Below are positions 25,166 to 38,710 of a DNA stretch of 64,000 nucleotides, one piece after another. The position numbers and the translations under genes are program-made. The notes under the pieces were generated by a model that did no database searches, was not told the origin of the DNA, and saw only the letters and a program-made list of their open reading frames with translations. Source of the stretch: Callorhinchus milii (taxonomy: Eukaryota); NCBI RefSeq assembly GCF_018977255.1, contig NW_024704743.1, positions 85,190,001-85,254,000 on the forward strand, given 5' to 3'. The first letter of the stretch is position 1, and each line of letters starts with the position of its first letter.

Positions 25166-26461
25166 GTAGGCAGCTTTGATACTTTTTATGTAAGAATAGT
25201 TTTAATGGTTCTAACTCCAGGTGAGTTAGCAGTGTTGAATTCCCTATCAAGTCAACCTGTTGGACATTTACAAAACCATTGGGTTGATCGGAACTCTAAA
25301 GATGCAAATATTAGAGTACAACATGTTTGCACCTCTGACAGAAACACAAAGGAGTCAGAATGCATTAGGTCTCTTTTGCATGAATTTGCTTATTGCTTGA
25401 ATTGCCATTATTTTTATAAAGATAATGGCAATTATCTTGTAGGACTACTATTAAAACCATTCATTCTTTTCCATTGTAGCAATTAAAATTCTCTTCTTGG
25501 ATATTGAATTATTGCCACATAATTTTCAGCAAAGACACTTCCTTTCGGGTAGATCTAGTGCGGGACAAATCTGTCACCTGATGTAGTGATGTTGCTGACC
25601 CTGTGCATGTGGAATATAGTTAGGTAAAAAGTAGGTTGCAGTTCAGTCATTTGCAAACTGTTCATGTCCATATTTTAATCAAATTGTTTCAATTCAGGAA
25701 CAACAGGATAGTAAGATATGGCACTTCTTGTTTTCTTGTAGGCCACATCATATTGCATTATAATAATAAGGGAGTAATGGGTTGGAATGCGGACCTTACA
25801 ACTCAGACCAATGGACCATTGTTCAAGCCCAAGTGAGAAAGACTAACAAAACACTCCATTCTCTGTTGATGTTTGAGTCTTAAGTAAAATTAGTGTCAGC
25901 AATATGAATATTTCTGTAGAAGATGTGGAATGGATTGTTAACACAATCCAGTAGAATCATGCAGGTCAGGGGAACCTGTGAAAGATGGTGCTTTAGTTAT
26001 CATTGTAGAATCTACTTAAATCTACTTAGAGCTTTTAAAACGGAGGAATTGCACTTTGAATTCTGTGCCCAGTTGCTGGCCATGCTTTTAACGTAGCTAC
26101 TGACTATCAGCTCCATTCAGACTGGTAACCGCATTGAAACGGCTGCCACATTGTTGCTCGGGAAAACCAACCGCTGCTGTGCTTGGTTACAGATCACAGC
26201 TGAAAAAGTACAACTGAGACACATCTAATCTGTCATTCCTCCCACTGTAATCAGCTCTGTAGCCCCTGCGGATACAGCCTCAGAGTTGGACTCCTGTTAA
26301 TTAGCCCCACTGACAATTTGCACAGTGTGAAAACGAGGGAACCAACAGAAAATGGGTCAGTTTGATGCTGACTGGCGTTGATTTGAGCAAGTCCCAAAGT
26401 TGGTATCATTGCAGTACCTCTCTTCTTTAATTAAAATGTACGCTTCAGAGCTTTTTTTTTA

Positions 26462-26860
26462 TGGACTATTCTCCTTGGGGGGAGGGAAGCGGTGGGTGGG
26501 GGTGGAGGGGCTCCTCTTGGAGCTGAGGTGGCTCCAAGTTGAGATGTTTGGCAATAGAGTGTCAGAATCAAGTTGATCTCTGTGGCCGTCTTGGTCATCC
26601 AATACCTGAGCCAGACCATCCACAGAACTCCAGGGCACTGCTAATGACTCCCAGGCAGTCTGGCTCATCGGTAAAACTTGGAGGGGCAGACTGCTTATTG
26701 AGGGCAGGAATTCTTCCCGCAGGTGCTGTTAGCCCTGCACGTCAAAACCTTAATGGGAAAGCTGGTATAACCTGGACAAGTATCAGGAAGCTGGCATACT
26801 GTGCTTTCAATGGCAAGCTATGTGGTTTTAGCTGGTTAAACTCAGGAAACCCAACACACA
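26462..26860 (+). repeat. Unclassified ancient interspersed repeat, copy 1 (orientation arbitrary)
   Basis: Collinear with the reverse complement of 42630-42911: gactat(t)ctcct, gggtgggggt.gaggg, cctgagcc, tgctaa.ga, cagtctggctcat.ggta, gggcagactg, attcttccc, gtcaaa.ccttaa, ggaaaccca.cac. Confidence 0.7.
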
Positions 26861-28065
26861 CTCTGGGCTCCACAACCCTTGGCTCTGGACAATCTGTGCT
26901 TAATACTCTTTGGAATTAGGTAATCAGAATGCGTCACTCCAGGACTGATTACATTCCAGAAAGAGGGACATTTTCATGTGGCATACATATGTAGAACTCT
27001 ATCTGATTTGGATACTTTTAGGTTGTTTCAGACACCCGGCTGACCAAAAAAAAGTTTTGAAGATGGATGCAAAAAAAAACTTTAATTTCATGAAGTCTAT
27101 ATAACTTTTTTACAGGTTTTTTTTTGCATGTTTGTGATCTTTATCCTTCTCTTTCCTTTTGCCCTCACCTCCAAAACCTAACCCTTAAGGGTATCTGCAG
27201 AATCTATCAGACAATTGGGATAAGGTTGGGATTGAAGTTGGGAGGAAATTAGGTCACATCGCTCGGCCAGCAGTAGAAAAACTGAGTATAAAATGCAGGT
27301 ACTAATCTATTGGGGGCAGTTTTTAACCAAATTAAGATCTGCAGNTTTTTATTTGACTTCCACAAGATGTGTCAAATAATAATAATAATTCTTGCATTTG
27401 ATATAGCACATTATCGCAGATCAAAAAAATTCACAGAATATACTGCAAAGTGTAGTGACTGTGTATATTGTTGGCATTTTGAAACATTTGTAAAGAAGTA
27501 AATAGGTTTGTATTAAATTATATTGGATAGAATTAAAAGTAAAAGTGGTTTGAAAATTATAAAAATAGAAGAGAAGAATGATTGGGGAATAAAAGAAGAG
27601 GTGGCGAGCAGTAGTAAGGTGTTCAAATCGTGTTTAGGAATGTAGGATTAATATTTTAGTAATGATGATATTCTTTATATTTAGTATTCTAATATTGTTT
27701 CAACATCAAGCCAAAAAAATGGCTAGCCTAGAAAGACTGGGCTAAAGTGTAGTACGGAAGCTCAGAGCTATAGACCTGTACGTGAAGCCAGCTGTCACCT
27801 TTGAGGTGAAATAACAAGGAAACAGTTGTATCACTTGGTGACATTCAGGGTACATTCTATTAAGATTGCTTGTTGTAAGAGTACATGATGCCAGATACTT
27901 TACATTTTCATCTTTAGTTCTATGTGAGATGTGTTAAAATTCACTTAAAACTTTTTCCCCAAAATATTTTTCAAAATGTTACGGTAAGTGTTTCTTTCGT
28001 TTTTTGGATCATTATAATGCGCTCCTTTGAATTATTATGCCCCGTGTCTACTAATACCATTGAGT

Positions 28066-28697
28066 ACAACAACAACAACAAAATTACATTTGTATAGCGC
28101 CTTTCACCTCGGGAGGACGTCCGAAGGCGCAGGACAATCAACGTTTTGGACCCGAGTTGGTAGATGGGATCGAGGAGGGTGGAGGGAAGGAGGGTGATTG
28201 AAAGCAAGTTCGAAGAGGAGTGTCTTCAGATGGGTCTTGAGGGAGGCAAGGGAGGGTGGAGGGACTGTGGAATAGAGTTCCAGAGGGGTGGAGCAGAGTG
28301 GCTGTAGGCCTGCCCACCATTCTGTCAGGACAGCACTGGTCCTGGATTCAAGGGTGGAGGCAGGGAGATAGAGTTGGGTGTCATCCGCATACTTGTGAAT
28401 GTTGACCCCATGTCTGAGGATGATGTCACCAAGAGGGAGCATATAGATATTGAAGAGGAGGGAACCAAGTACAGAGCCCTAAGGAACGCTGCACAAGACG
28501 GTGCGGGGGTTAGAGGAGAAACCGTTTGTGGAGATGAAGTGGAGATGGTGTAAGAGGTAGGATCTGAACCCTTCAAGGACAGAACCAGGAAGGTTCAGGT
28601 GAGAGGAGAGGCGGTGGAGAAGGATAGAGTGGTCAACGGTATCGAAGGCAGCAAAGAGGTCAAGGAATATGAGGAGGCAGAGGGAGCCCTGGTCGCA
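28066..28697 (-). mobile_element. L2 LINE with RT core fused directly to the 3' end by an internal deletion
   Basis: ORF 28104-28442(-) [26 protein letters not shown] (RT YADD motif); DLFAAFDTVDH motif near 28630-28660; (TTG)n tail at 28066-28080. Confidence 0.92.
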
Positions 28698-28729
28698 AAT
28701 TCCTAGTATCTGAAGTGCAGGCTATGTGT

Positions 28730-29085
28730 TCACTATCACTGTCCCCCTCTCTCCCTTTGTGTGTAGTTCACTTGATCTACATCTGCTTTTGTTCTGTCTC
28801 TTTGTTCTTTGTCTCTTCATCCGTCACTGTCTTTTCCCTTCTGTGTGTTACATTCTTTGACTCTCCCTTTTCTCCTTGTCCTTTTGTGATTTCTTCTTCC
28901 ATCTCACATTACTCTCCTTGTATTTTCTCTTTCTGATTACTTACACTCTCCCCATTCTCTCTTTCTCTTCCTTCCTCCTGCCCTCACTATATTTACACTT
29001 GTTCCCCCTCCCCCCTCTCACTTTCTCTCCCACCACTTTCTGTGTTTTTGTGTGCGTGCGCGTATCTCTCACTCTCTCTCACTAT
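28730..29085. repeat. Pyrimidine-rich (CT) low-complexity tract
   Basis: About 350 bp dominated by C/T on the plus strand. Confidence 0.75.
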
Positions 29086-29114
29086 AACTGGACTGTTTTC
29101 AACATTTTGGTTGA

Positions 29115-29360
29115 ACAATACAATACATTTAAATAGTGCTTTCACGTCAGAAAGACATCGCTCAGCACTTAAAAATCATAACTTAATATCTGATCTGGGA
29201 GTGGGAGCTAAGTGGGGAGGGGAAAGATGACCAAAAGTGTGGTCAAAGAGGTGGATTTTGAGAAGAACCTTGAATGAAGTAAGGGAAGGAGCAAGTCAGA
29301 AGAACTCTGGGATGGAGTTCCAGAGAGTGGGGACAGTTAGGTTAAAAACCCAGCCACCTT
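29115..29360 (-). mobile_element. L2 LINE 3' end, decayed
   Basis: atacatttaaatagtgctttcacgtcag tail, then gatgaccaaaagtgtggtcaaagagg...ggagttccagagagtgggg. Confidence 0.7.
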
Positions 29361-29611
29361 AATACTTGTTTTAATGGAGGAGGAACAGTCTTGGTCTCCA
29401 GTACAGTTAGAGGTGTATTTTGCATTAATTTCTATAACTATTTGTATTTACTTTAGGACTTCAGGAGAACCTAGAACAGAGGCATGGAATAATTTTTGAC
29501 ATAGTCGTTCAGTCCAATACTCAGACAACAGTCTGTGTGTTTGGAATTTTATTTATTGCCACTCTGGCCTTCTTTGGAAAGCTCAGTTTGGGTTTCTTTC
29601 TTAGTCAAATA

Positions 29612-30047
29612 AGATAATCTTTGCATTCTTAATAGTGCTTTTCACATCAGGGGGATATCTCGAAACACTTCACTGGATTTGCTGCAAAGTGTAGTAACAG
29701 AATTGTATTGTGTATTTAGTAGGTGAATGCGACAGCCAGTTTGCACACAGCAATGTCCCACAAACAGCGATGGAGTGAATGACCAATTTTATCTGGGGGC
29801 TTGTTGGCCAGGACACCAGGAAAAATTTCCTTCTCTTTGTGAACAGTGCAATGTCCACCTGTAAACACAGACTTGGTTTAACGTCTCATCTGAAGGATGG
29901 CATCTCCAACAATGCATCATTCATCATCACTGCTTTGACATGTCAGCCCAGACAATGAACTCAAAATCCCAACATGAGAAATGGGGCTTGAATGCACAAC
30001 ATTGTGATTTGGAAGCAAGAGTGCTGCCAACTGAGCCAGGCTGACAA
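29612..30047 (-). mobile_element. Deu-domain SINE, full length
   Basis: Tail ataatctttgcatt..., Deu core ggtttaacgtctcatctgaaggatggcatctcc, head gagtgctgccaactgagccaggctgaca. Confidence 0.85.
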
Positions 30048-33000
30048 TTGATGAGAGATAGATGATTAACTCAGATTCAATTGTTGATCAAAATCTCCAC
30101 GTCTTCTTGAGTAAAATATTTGATGTGAAGAGAATTGTTTAATATATTTTGACAGTTGCGATTCAGTTTTGGTGGTTAGGAATGAAGGCCAGTGCCTGTC
30201 CTCCTTGCCATTTAAAACTTGCCTAGACGTGCACTGTGTCTGAGACCATAAACTGATGAAACAAGTTTGAATTCAATTTGAACTGATTTGTAACTCTAAA
30301 CTTCAACTGTAAACTTCAGTCTGTCAATCATAGGATGACATGTCAGATCAGGCTCAAGGTCTGTTTGAATACAAACGCAGCACAGCACGCTGGACATTTA
30401 GGTAATTCCATCCTCTAAAGGCTCAGGGAAGCCTAACCCCTTCCCTCTCCTTCAAGATTCACCTCAAGACCTATCTCTTTGACCATGCTTTCGGCCATCT
30501 TCCACACCGTGCTGGCTACAAATCCTAGACTATCCAGTGTCTTGGGACATTCTCCTGATGTAAAAGTCACTGGATACATGTTAAATTATATTGTATTGAT
30601 AGCCCAGGCAAGATTGCACAGAATTGTGGAAAAATGCTTAAATTCAGTCTTAATTTAGGAGCCTGTGCCTGCATTTCTTACGAAGGAAGAGCTGGCATCA
30701 AAATCATGACTGAATTTGAGAATATTGTACAATTGTATGAGACCTTAATTTTCAAGACACAATAATCTTACAGGCTAAGACGAGATGAAATTTCAGGTCT
30801 TTGGTGTTGAGTAGATTCTCTGGTATTCCCGACAAGACGAGTTTGCCCACCTCTGCTGAGTAATGGGAAATCCACAAGATTTTCAAGTCAGCCAATGTTA
30901 GTGTCACTCACTATGGGTCTGGTGGCTGAACAGGATTGAGGTCAGTACGCTGGACTCATTTAAAATTGACTCTGCCTGATCTTTTTGATCCGCAGCTGCT
31001 TTTGATTCTTTTGACTGTAAATTGTGAAATGCTTAAACTCTGNTTTTTTAACTTGAACAGTGATGTTGAATGTTAATCTCCACTTCTTTGGTTTCCTGAG
31101 GCACAAACTACTGGCAAAGTGTTTTAGTTCATTTTTCTGGACTGATATGCTTCAATGAGGTTGGACATTCATGACCAGAATGAAATTTAGGCACATTCGC
31201 GGTGCAGTGATCACTGTTGCCTCTTTTCCCATGGCAATAATTTAAAATGAAAACCCAGCATTTAAGCACTGTAATGAAGGGTACAATGAGGATGTTGGTG
31301 ATCTGTGGGGGTTCCCCAATTACATTCAAGTTTAACAGCTCTGTAAATATCCGAGGTGTCAAAATGTACAACATGAACAAAGACCTGTTTGATTCTCTAA
31401 CCCTGTTACAGGTGGTTTATGTTTTGGTGCATGAAAGTGATATACAGTAGTTGTTTTTAAGTTTTAGGTATTTAGAAATCTCTTCTTCCAAGCTTTTAAT
31501 ATCATATTATGGGCTCAGACTGATCAGAGAAGATTTGGGCACAGGATAAACTATAGAAACCTGCTCAACAGGATGGCAAGTCAAGGTCTCACCAGTCAGT
31601 GCATTTCAGTCTCGTATTATAAAAAATATATGAGGTGCAAAATCCATTGCCGGAGGGGAAGACAGTCAAAAATGTAACTTCCAAAAAGTACATTTTCCTG
31701 CGTTTTGACTGAAACCGATACGGTCTCCAGCTCCTTGTCTTAACTGGCCAAATTAAGTCAAAACCTTTCTAATTTAGAAATTTGATTTTTTTTTTAAAAA
31801 TCTTTCTTCAGCAAGCATTACCTTGCAGTCGTTCTTTGCCAATTTACTCTAACTATTTTACTTTGTCGCCTTAGAAATGAAATGAATCATTTATGGCCAT
31901 TGCCACTACACTAAGTTTTCTATCAAATCTATAGTTTACCCTGTCCTGTTTTAACAAAGTGAAACCTTAAATGCTCAAGGCCAATTTTCTAAATTGAGAA
32001 GACGACTATGCCACATTCATAGATAAACGCTTATTCCAAGTTCATCTTTTCTCAAAGTTGGTCCAAACGTTTAGCACACGAGTCTGTCCACTGCTGGGTT
32101 ATAAACCACACAGTGTACCATAAATGTGACTACAGAGCTATATTCACACTAACAGCAGTAACAGAAGAGCACTAAACATGAGCATCGAAGGGGAAATGTA
32201 AGCATCAACCTCAATGGAGTTGTATCTGAAACTTTTGTAAGTTTGTTTGTGTTTTCGGAACCGATATAGCCAAGCTCACAGAGGCAGGATGTTTTATTTA
32301 AGAAACTTTTATATGTCAATGATACAGAAAGTTGTTTTACTGATTTGAAAGGTATTTCACCGATTCAAAAGGTATTTACCAATTTCGAGAAACAGTGTCT
32401 TATATTTCTTTCTTCTTCTTGTGCATCTTGTTTCTTTGTCTTCTATCTTCCCTGGAAAACTAGTCCAACCTCAGGCTAGTTAGTGACTAATACTTATATC
32501 CCTGAACAAATGTATGTTTCGATCTTGTGCTCAATCTATTGTCACCTCTCAATCGATTACAATTTTCATCTACTATATTTTCCTTACATGCATCTACTTT
32601 TATCAAATGCTGATCTTGATCATTAAGACAATTCTATTTTTTAATCGAAAACAAAGATTTCAAACAACTCGCATTGGTTACCATAGCTTGCTGCTATCTT
32701 CTGTTTTTCAGACTTTGAGACCTTGAACACATTCTCCATCCCTCTTTTCTACATAAGACCCTCCAGTCACACATTTTTTTCTACATAACTACACAATACA
32801 AAAACAAGGACATCAGATAAAGGAAAAACAGACACTATTCACTTCTAGCAAGGTTACAAAAGTGCTTAGCAGAATTTCATTTAAAGGTATGGCAGTATAA
32901 ATGTTACGTAATTTCCATTATAAGCAAAATGTATAGCAATACATCAGCATAATAGCCAATTTAAGAGTTTCATGGTCTGTAATGTTAAAGTAATTACAAA

Positions 33001-33054
33001 TATGTGTTTCATGCTGACAAAACATAGTAATAGTGTATATATGTTAAAGTAAAG

Positions 33055-34050
33055 TTGCGATGGGAGAGAATGAGGCAAAGGGAATTAAGGATGGAGTTTC
33101 AGAGTGTGGGGGCAGAGAGACTGAAGGCCTGACCGCCGATGAGCGGATAGGTTGATAAGAGGTTAGCAGATCGGAGAGGTAGGAGGGGACAAAGCCATGG
33201 AGAGCCTTGAAGGTGAGGATGAGGATTTTGAACTCTATCCTCTGGGGGATGGGGAGCCAGTGGAGTCGGGTGAGGGTGGGTGTGATGGGGTCACGGAGTC
33301 TGGTGCGGGAGAGGACACAAGCTACAGAGTTCAGGATGATCTGCAGCTTGTGGAGGGAAGAGTTGGGAAGGCCAACAAGCAGGGAGTTGGCATTGTCGAG
33401 CCTAGATGTAATGAAGGAATGTATGAGGGTTTCAGCAGCATGAGGCATGAGGCAATGACTGAGTCGGGCAATATTGCGGAAGTGGGGGAAGGCAGAACGG
33501 GTTATGGCACTGATATTGGAGAAAAAGTACAGTTGACTACCTTGGTGAGGTGGAATGTGCAACCGTGGTTGCTGATGCTGCCAGTGCCTGAGATGTGGGG
33601 GCCCTGGCACGAGCCAATCAGGAGAGTCTCTGTTTTGCTCACGTTCAACTAGAAAGTTAGCTCTCATCCAGGGCTTGATGTCTGACAGACATTTTGTCAG
33701 GACAGCACTGGTCCTGGATTCAAGGGTGGAGGCAAAGAGATAGAGTAGGGTGTCATCCGCATACATGTGGAAGTTGCCCCTATGTCTGTGGATGATGTCA
33801 CCAAGAGGGAGCATGTACAGGTTGAAGAGGAAAAGACTGAGGATAGAGCCCTGAGGAACACCACACGAGATGGTGCGGGAGATAGAGGAGAAGCCATTTT
33901 TGGAGACAAAGTGAAGCTGATATGAGAGATAGGATCTGAACCATTCAAGGACAGAATCGTGAAGTTTGAGGTGAGAGGAGAAACGGTGGAAGAAGATAGA
34001 GTGCTCCACAGTGTCAAAGGCAGCAGAGAGGTCAAGGAGGACGATGAGAC
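33055..34050 (-). mobile_element. L2 LINE ORF2 (reverse transcriptase) 3' portion, frameshifted and deleted
   Basis: ORF 33044-34009(-): VLEWFRSYLS, GVPQGSIL, HMYADDT, FITSRLDNANSLLVGLP, LHWLPIPQRIEFKIL; the DLSAAFDTV motif lies just upstream. Confidence 0.95.
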
Positions 34051-35384
34051 GGAGGTAGACAGTTATTTATTGTAATTTGGAAAATAAATGAGCCAAAGCT
34101 GCTTGAACTTCCAAAATCTTACAGCAGTTCCAGTTGGCTACCACCCTCTCCCCAAAAAACACAGCCCAATTATTAATTAGAGGTTGTGATTAATATGAGA
34201 TTCCTAGCGAGTTCAACTGACACACAAAGCAATATTTTGGTTTCACTTGCTAAGGAAATACAGCAAATAATCACCCTAGAGTTCAGTGCTAAGGCTCTGC
34301 CTGCAGGTGTGATCTTAAATCTGTGAGGAGAAGTGCTAAGTGGAAGCCACAATGAACTTTGTTTCTGGTCTCTCCGTGGCACTGAGATCTGAAATGATCC
34401 AATAATGCATTAGGCTGTACTATATTAGTATTATTGGGAATGAGTTCAAGTTGACAGCTGTGTTTGAGATAACTAGACTGGCTTTACTTTAGTTGCCGTT
34501 TGTTTTATTAACTTTATGCTACCTCCAAGATTATATCAATATTCTTTGTAAAGATCAAATTCAAAATGTCATTAAAGTGAGATTTTTTTTGTTCCCTAGA
34601 GTGGCGTCCAATACAGGTTTTCAATACCAGCTTGTCACTCTTTAAGGGATTCTACCTACATATTTTTGCGCGTGAACTGAAAGGTCAATAAAATACTAAG
34701 GGACCTTCTTTCTCTTCTTCATTCTGTTCAATATTTTCATAGCAGCTAATAAAAGTACCTTTGCATTGTGAACTTGCTGGATAGGGAGTCCAGAACCACA
34801 ACACTCTAGGATATTGTGGAAGAAACTCAATATTAATAATTGATACTACATCAATTAACTCCTTTAAAAAAGCCCAATTACCCAACAATGGGTAACAGAT
34901 TGAGGTGACAAAATTAGTTTGGTTGTTGGCAATGGTGGGTAAGGGATGTTTCTGTAGGAAAAGGAGGTCAGATTTAATTGGTGAATATATGGGCTGGAAG
35001 AATATTTAGGAATGTGGGTTACTTTTGGGGATCAAATTTCTACATGATATAATTCCCCCAGTAATATTGTTTGGAGATGAAGTCCAGCATAGCGTGGATG
35101 TTGAATAGCTGTGGAGAGAACAGGTTTCATGGGCTGGGTGGCCTTTTTCATTCCATGCTTTCTTCTACTCTTATAAGGGGTGGGGGGGTGAAAGGTATTG
35201 TGCTTGGGCACAGTTGCTGCTCCCTGATTTGCCTCCTTAAGTTCAGAGTGTCCAGACCAGATTTTTAATCTTTTGGCGGACAATGGAGCCTGACATGGTT
35301 TGCTTGTGAATGCTAGCAAGTTTTTTGTTCCATGTTAGACAGATCCTATTAAGTACTGTTAAAGGCTTGTTATATAAGTTAAAA

Positions 35385-35830
35385 TATTAATCCTTATATT
35401 TGATATAATACCTTGTCACTTTGTCAAAACGTCTCAAAGCACTTCACTGGAATTAAGTTTAGTGAGTGTGTATCTGTAGGTGAACAGAACAGCCAATTTG
35501 CTTACAACAATGTCTCACAGACATCTAGGTCCTAGCTGCTCGGAGATGAATGACCAATTCATGAGGAGGATTGTTGGTCAGGACACTGAGAGATAATCCC
35601 TTCTCTTTTTGAACAGCGTAATGGGTTTTTTAACGTCCACCTGAAAAGGCAGGGAGGACTTCTATTTAATGTCTCATCTGAAGGACTGCACCTCTGACAA
35701 TGGAGCACACCCCTAACATTGCACTAGTTTGTCAGTCAAGACCAGGAGCTCAAAGACTTTGATACAGGGCCTGAACCCACAACCTTCTGACCCAGACACG
35801 AGAGTGCTACCAACTGAGCTAATCTGGTAC
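35385..35830 (-). mobile_element. Deu-domain SINE, full length
   Basis: Tail, tttaacgtccacctgaa...tttaatgtctcatctgaaggac Deu core and head gagtgctaccaactgagc. Confidence 0.85.
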
Positions 35831-36632
35831 CTGTTTGCATATAGAAAATACATCATGTTTTATGATATTGTAACATGTGATGCTGATCCTTCTGTCTCCC
35901 AGGAATGCTTTCAGTTTTTTTTAAACCCTTTTATGCACATCACTCTGCCTTGAATGTGCTAAGTGTGTTCATCTTTTGCGTGTGTATGTGGGGGGAAATA
36001 GAACTTATTTTATTTTAGCAATGAATAAGACGAGCAGCTTGCAGTAACTTCAAGGTTATAATTCAATAGAAAGGTTCTACTGATTATATTATCTTCACCA
36101 CCATTTGGCTGAGCTTCTACCATGCAGCTGAATATAGTTAACCTATTGTAATGCTGAATAAACCCTGATTTGCAGAGTTCCTATGTGTCAGTCTTAAACA
36201 GAGAAGTTTCCTTTTTATCTGGATGAACTGGAAATGGAACTTTTGGAAACTTGCACCAACAATAAAATCTGTGTCTTTGTTGTCTCCCAACAATGAGCAC
36301 AGCATTAACATTAAAAGCATTTTGAAATATTGGACAAAAACCTGAAGCGCCTCCATAATTGTGTTGTTTCCTTATTGCAGTAATGGAAATTGGGTTTAAT
36401 TTTGCAGAACAGTGAATGGCTTATAATCAAAATATAATTCTCCAGTGGGCTTTTATTGTTGTTGGTCTCTCAGTCTCGAAAGTAGTTGCAGCATGAGAAC
36501 TTGGCCTTATGCCAGCAGCTTTTGAAATGGTAGGGATGAGATAAAATTAATGTGCACATTGTTGATTTCTGTAATTTGCTTTGTTCGTAAGCGGTCGAAG
36601 CGCATTGGAATATTTTGATGTACGTGATAATA

Positions 36633-36810
36633 TAATAATAATCCTTGCATTTGATATAGTGCCTTACCACATCGTCGAGACGTCTCAAAGCACTTCACAG
36701 AATATACAGTAAAGTGAATTGACTGTGTATTTTGTGGGCAAAAAGCGGAGCCAATTGCACACAGCAATATCATACTAGTTGTGGATTGAGTGATCAAATT
36801 ATTATTTATT
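36633..36810 (-). mobile_element. 5'-truncated tRNA-SINE 3' half
   Basis: ataataatccttgcatttgatatag...cacagaatatacagtaaagtgaattgactg...gccaattgcacacagcaat. Similar truncated tails lie at about 4225, 16360, 20715, 21450, 22850, 23805, 27376, 43850, 44810, 48830, 49075, 56857 and 63020. Confidence 0.85.
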
Positions 36811-37274
36811 TATTTGTTTATTTATTTAAGGTACTCCTTAAATGCAAGAACTTTCTTTCTGAGGTTGGTCTTATCAGCAAACTCATACAGATACAAGTTG
36901 AAAACTAAAAAGTGAATATAGTAATTAGGTTTATCTCCAAATCTTTTGGTTGCTATAATATTCCTTACCATGCACACAGTTAAACAATACAAATGTTCAA
37001 CACATTTATTAAACGCTGTGGCAAGCATTACACCCTTTAAGGAATCCACTGACTTCTCTTCTCAAGTGCATTCACCACACATTGCTGGACCCCACACATG
37101 CCACAGACAAGCACAGTACAGCATGGTTCAGCTGTTGCGTGCAAGCATCTCTTGTTCACTTCAAGCATCGACAGATCGATGTGCATTGATTAAAGTAAGG
37201 ATTATCGTGTGCTGTACAGCAATTACATATTACCTAACTTCAAATAGCCCCAGTCAGTCCAGTCGGGGCTATTC

Positions 37275-37520
37275 TCTACTGTGGAGGACGACAAGATGTC
37301 ACAGGGTCAAGGTTACAAAGGGCAAGTTAAGGACAGACACCAGGAAGTATTTCTATACACCGAGGGTATTCAGCTGCTAGTAAATGTTACTTGGGAATGT
37401 GGTTGAGGTCAGGGCATCAGGAGCAAGGAATTGCGATTCATTGTTAGAGCATTTAGATCCGTTGGGTGAGCCAGTACAAGCCAACAACCTCCTCCTGTAC
37501 TGTCATTTCTATGATTTAAT
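37275..37520 (+). mobile_element. CR1 LINE 3' end, decayed
   Basis: TRCHRVKVTKGKLRTDTRKYFYTPRV in ORF 36946-37380, ending ctgtcatttctatgatt. Confidence 0.7.
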
Positions 37521-38342
37521 ACATTTGATGCTGTAACGGGAAGACAGTTTTTGGTATTCTGGAGGAATGAGATTAAAGGTGCCGAACCTCTCAGATGTTA
37601 TTCCTCATATCCTTTATCTCCCTCATTCACTACTTCTGGAACTCCATTCGGACAGGTTTTTTAAATGCTTGTCAAACCTCCCTTCACAGAGTGACAAACC
37701 AGGGAGCTACTTAGGAACCATCTCTCAGCACACAGACATGACGGACATTTCAACCAGCTGCACTTTGAACCCACAGAAAAGCATAAACCTATTTTTGGAA
37801 CTCAACGAGCTCCTTTTTGCAACAGTAATTCCATTTGAAAACTGCCTCCGACACCTGCCTCCAGACATCACGTCTCCCAGCTGTTCCGTTCATGCAAAGC
37901 GTAACCTCACAGGTCTTCAGCAGCAAATGGGACTCTTATTTTTGATTTGTGTCCTACTTTAAGTGCTGGTTACAACCTGCAATCAAATACTAAAAGCTTA
38001 CATATTGCACAGTAAAAGCCTCGACTCACCACCTCTCCCGCTGTATTTTAAGTGAGATGTTAACCTTGGTGGAAATGAGCAAGGAATAACAATAAGTGGG
38101 GAAATTAACTTTCATTCTCGCCCTCATAAAATCGAACCTCATGCCTATTCATGTCATTCACAAGTCTTACTTCGAAAAAAAGTAGCTTTGTAATTCAGTA
38201 ACAGACCACGTGCACAGCAGAGCGAAAGGGCCTTTGATGTAAGGAGGATGGATATCTCATGGAGCTTCACACAGCTAACTGGGAGACCAAGCTAGGGGGT
38301 GGGGTAAAGTAACTGCAAATGCAGTCAAAAAGATAGGTCTTA

Positions 38343-38710
38343 AATAATAATAATAATAATGCTTGCATTTGATATAGCGCTTTTCACGTCTTCGTTACAT
38401 CTCAAAGTCCTTCATAGAATATGCTGTAAAGTGAGTTGACCGTATATTTGTGGGCGAAACGCGGCAATCAGTTGCGCACAGCAGTGTCCACAAACAGTCG
38501 TGGATTGAAAATGACCAATTTATAATTGTTTTTTGTTTTGGAGGGATTATTATCGAGAGGATACGGATAAAAGTCTTCAGAAGAGCAAAAATCCAAACCT
38601 TGAATTGTAAAATTTGGGTAACTTTCTCTTTTGTGAAATATTTTAAAGTTCTGAATTTGTGCCTGTTATCTTCATTGTTCGGCTACTTATGTTATTTGTC
38701 TATTGTAAAT
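38343..38710 (-). mobile_element. tRNA-SINE, long variant C with extra internal module, 5'-truncated
   Basis: Standard SINE 3' half followed by the cgagaggatacgga...tgtctattgta module, near-identical to 60709-60872. Confidence 0.85.

Noticed and set aside
33044..34009. 321-aa ORF, the longest in the window
   Set aside because: Truncated, frameshifted L2 reverse transcriptase. It is not a host gene, retron or active element.
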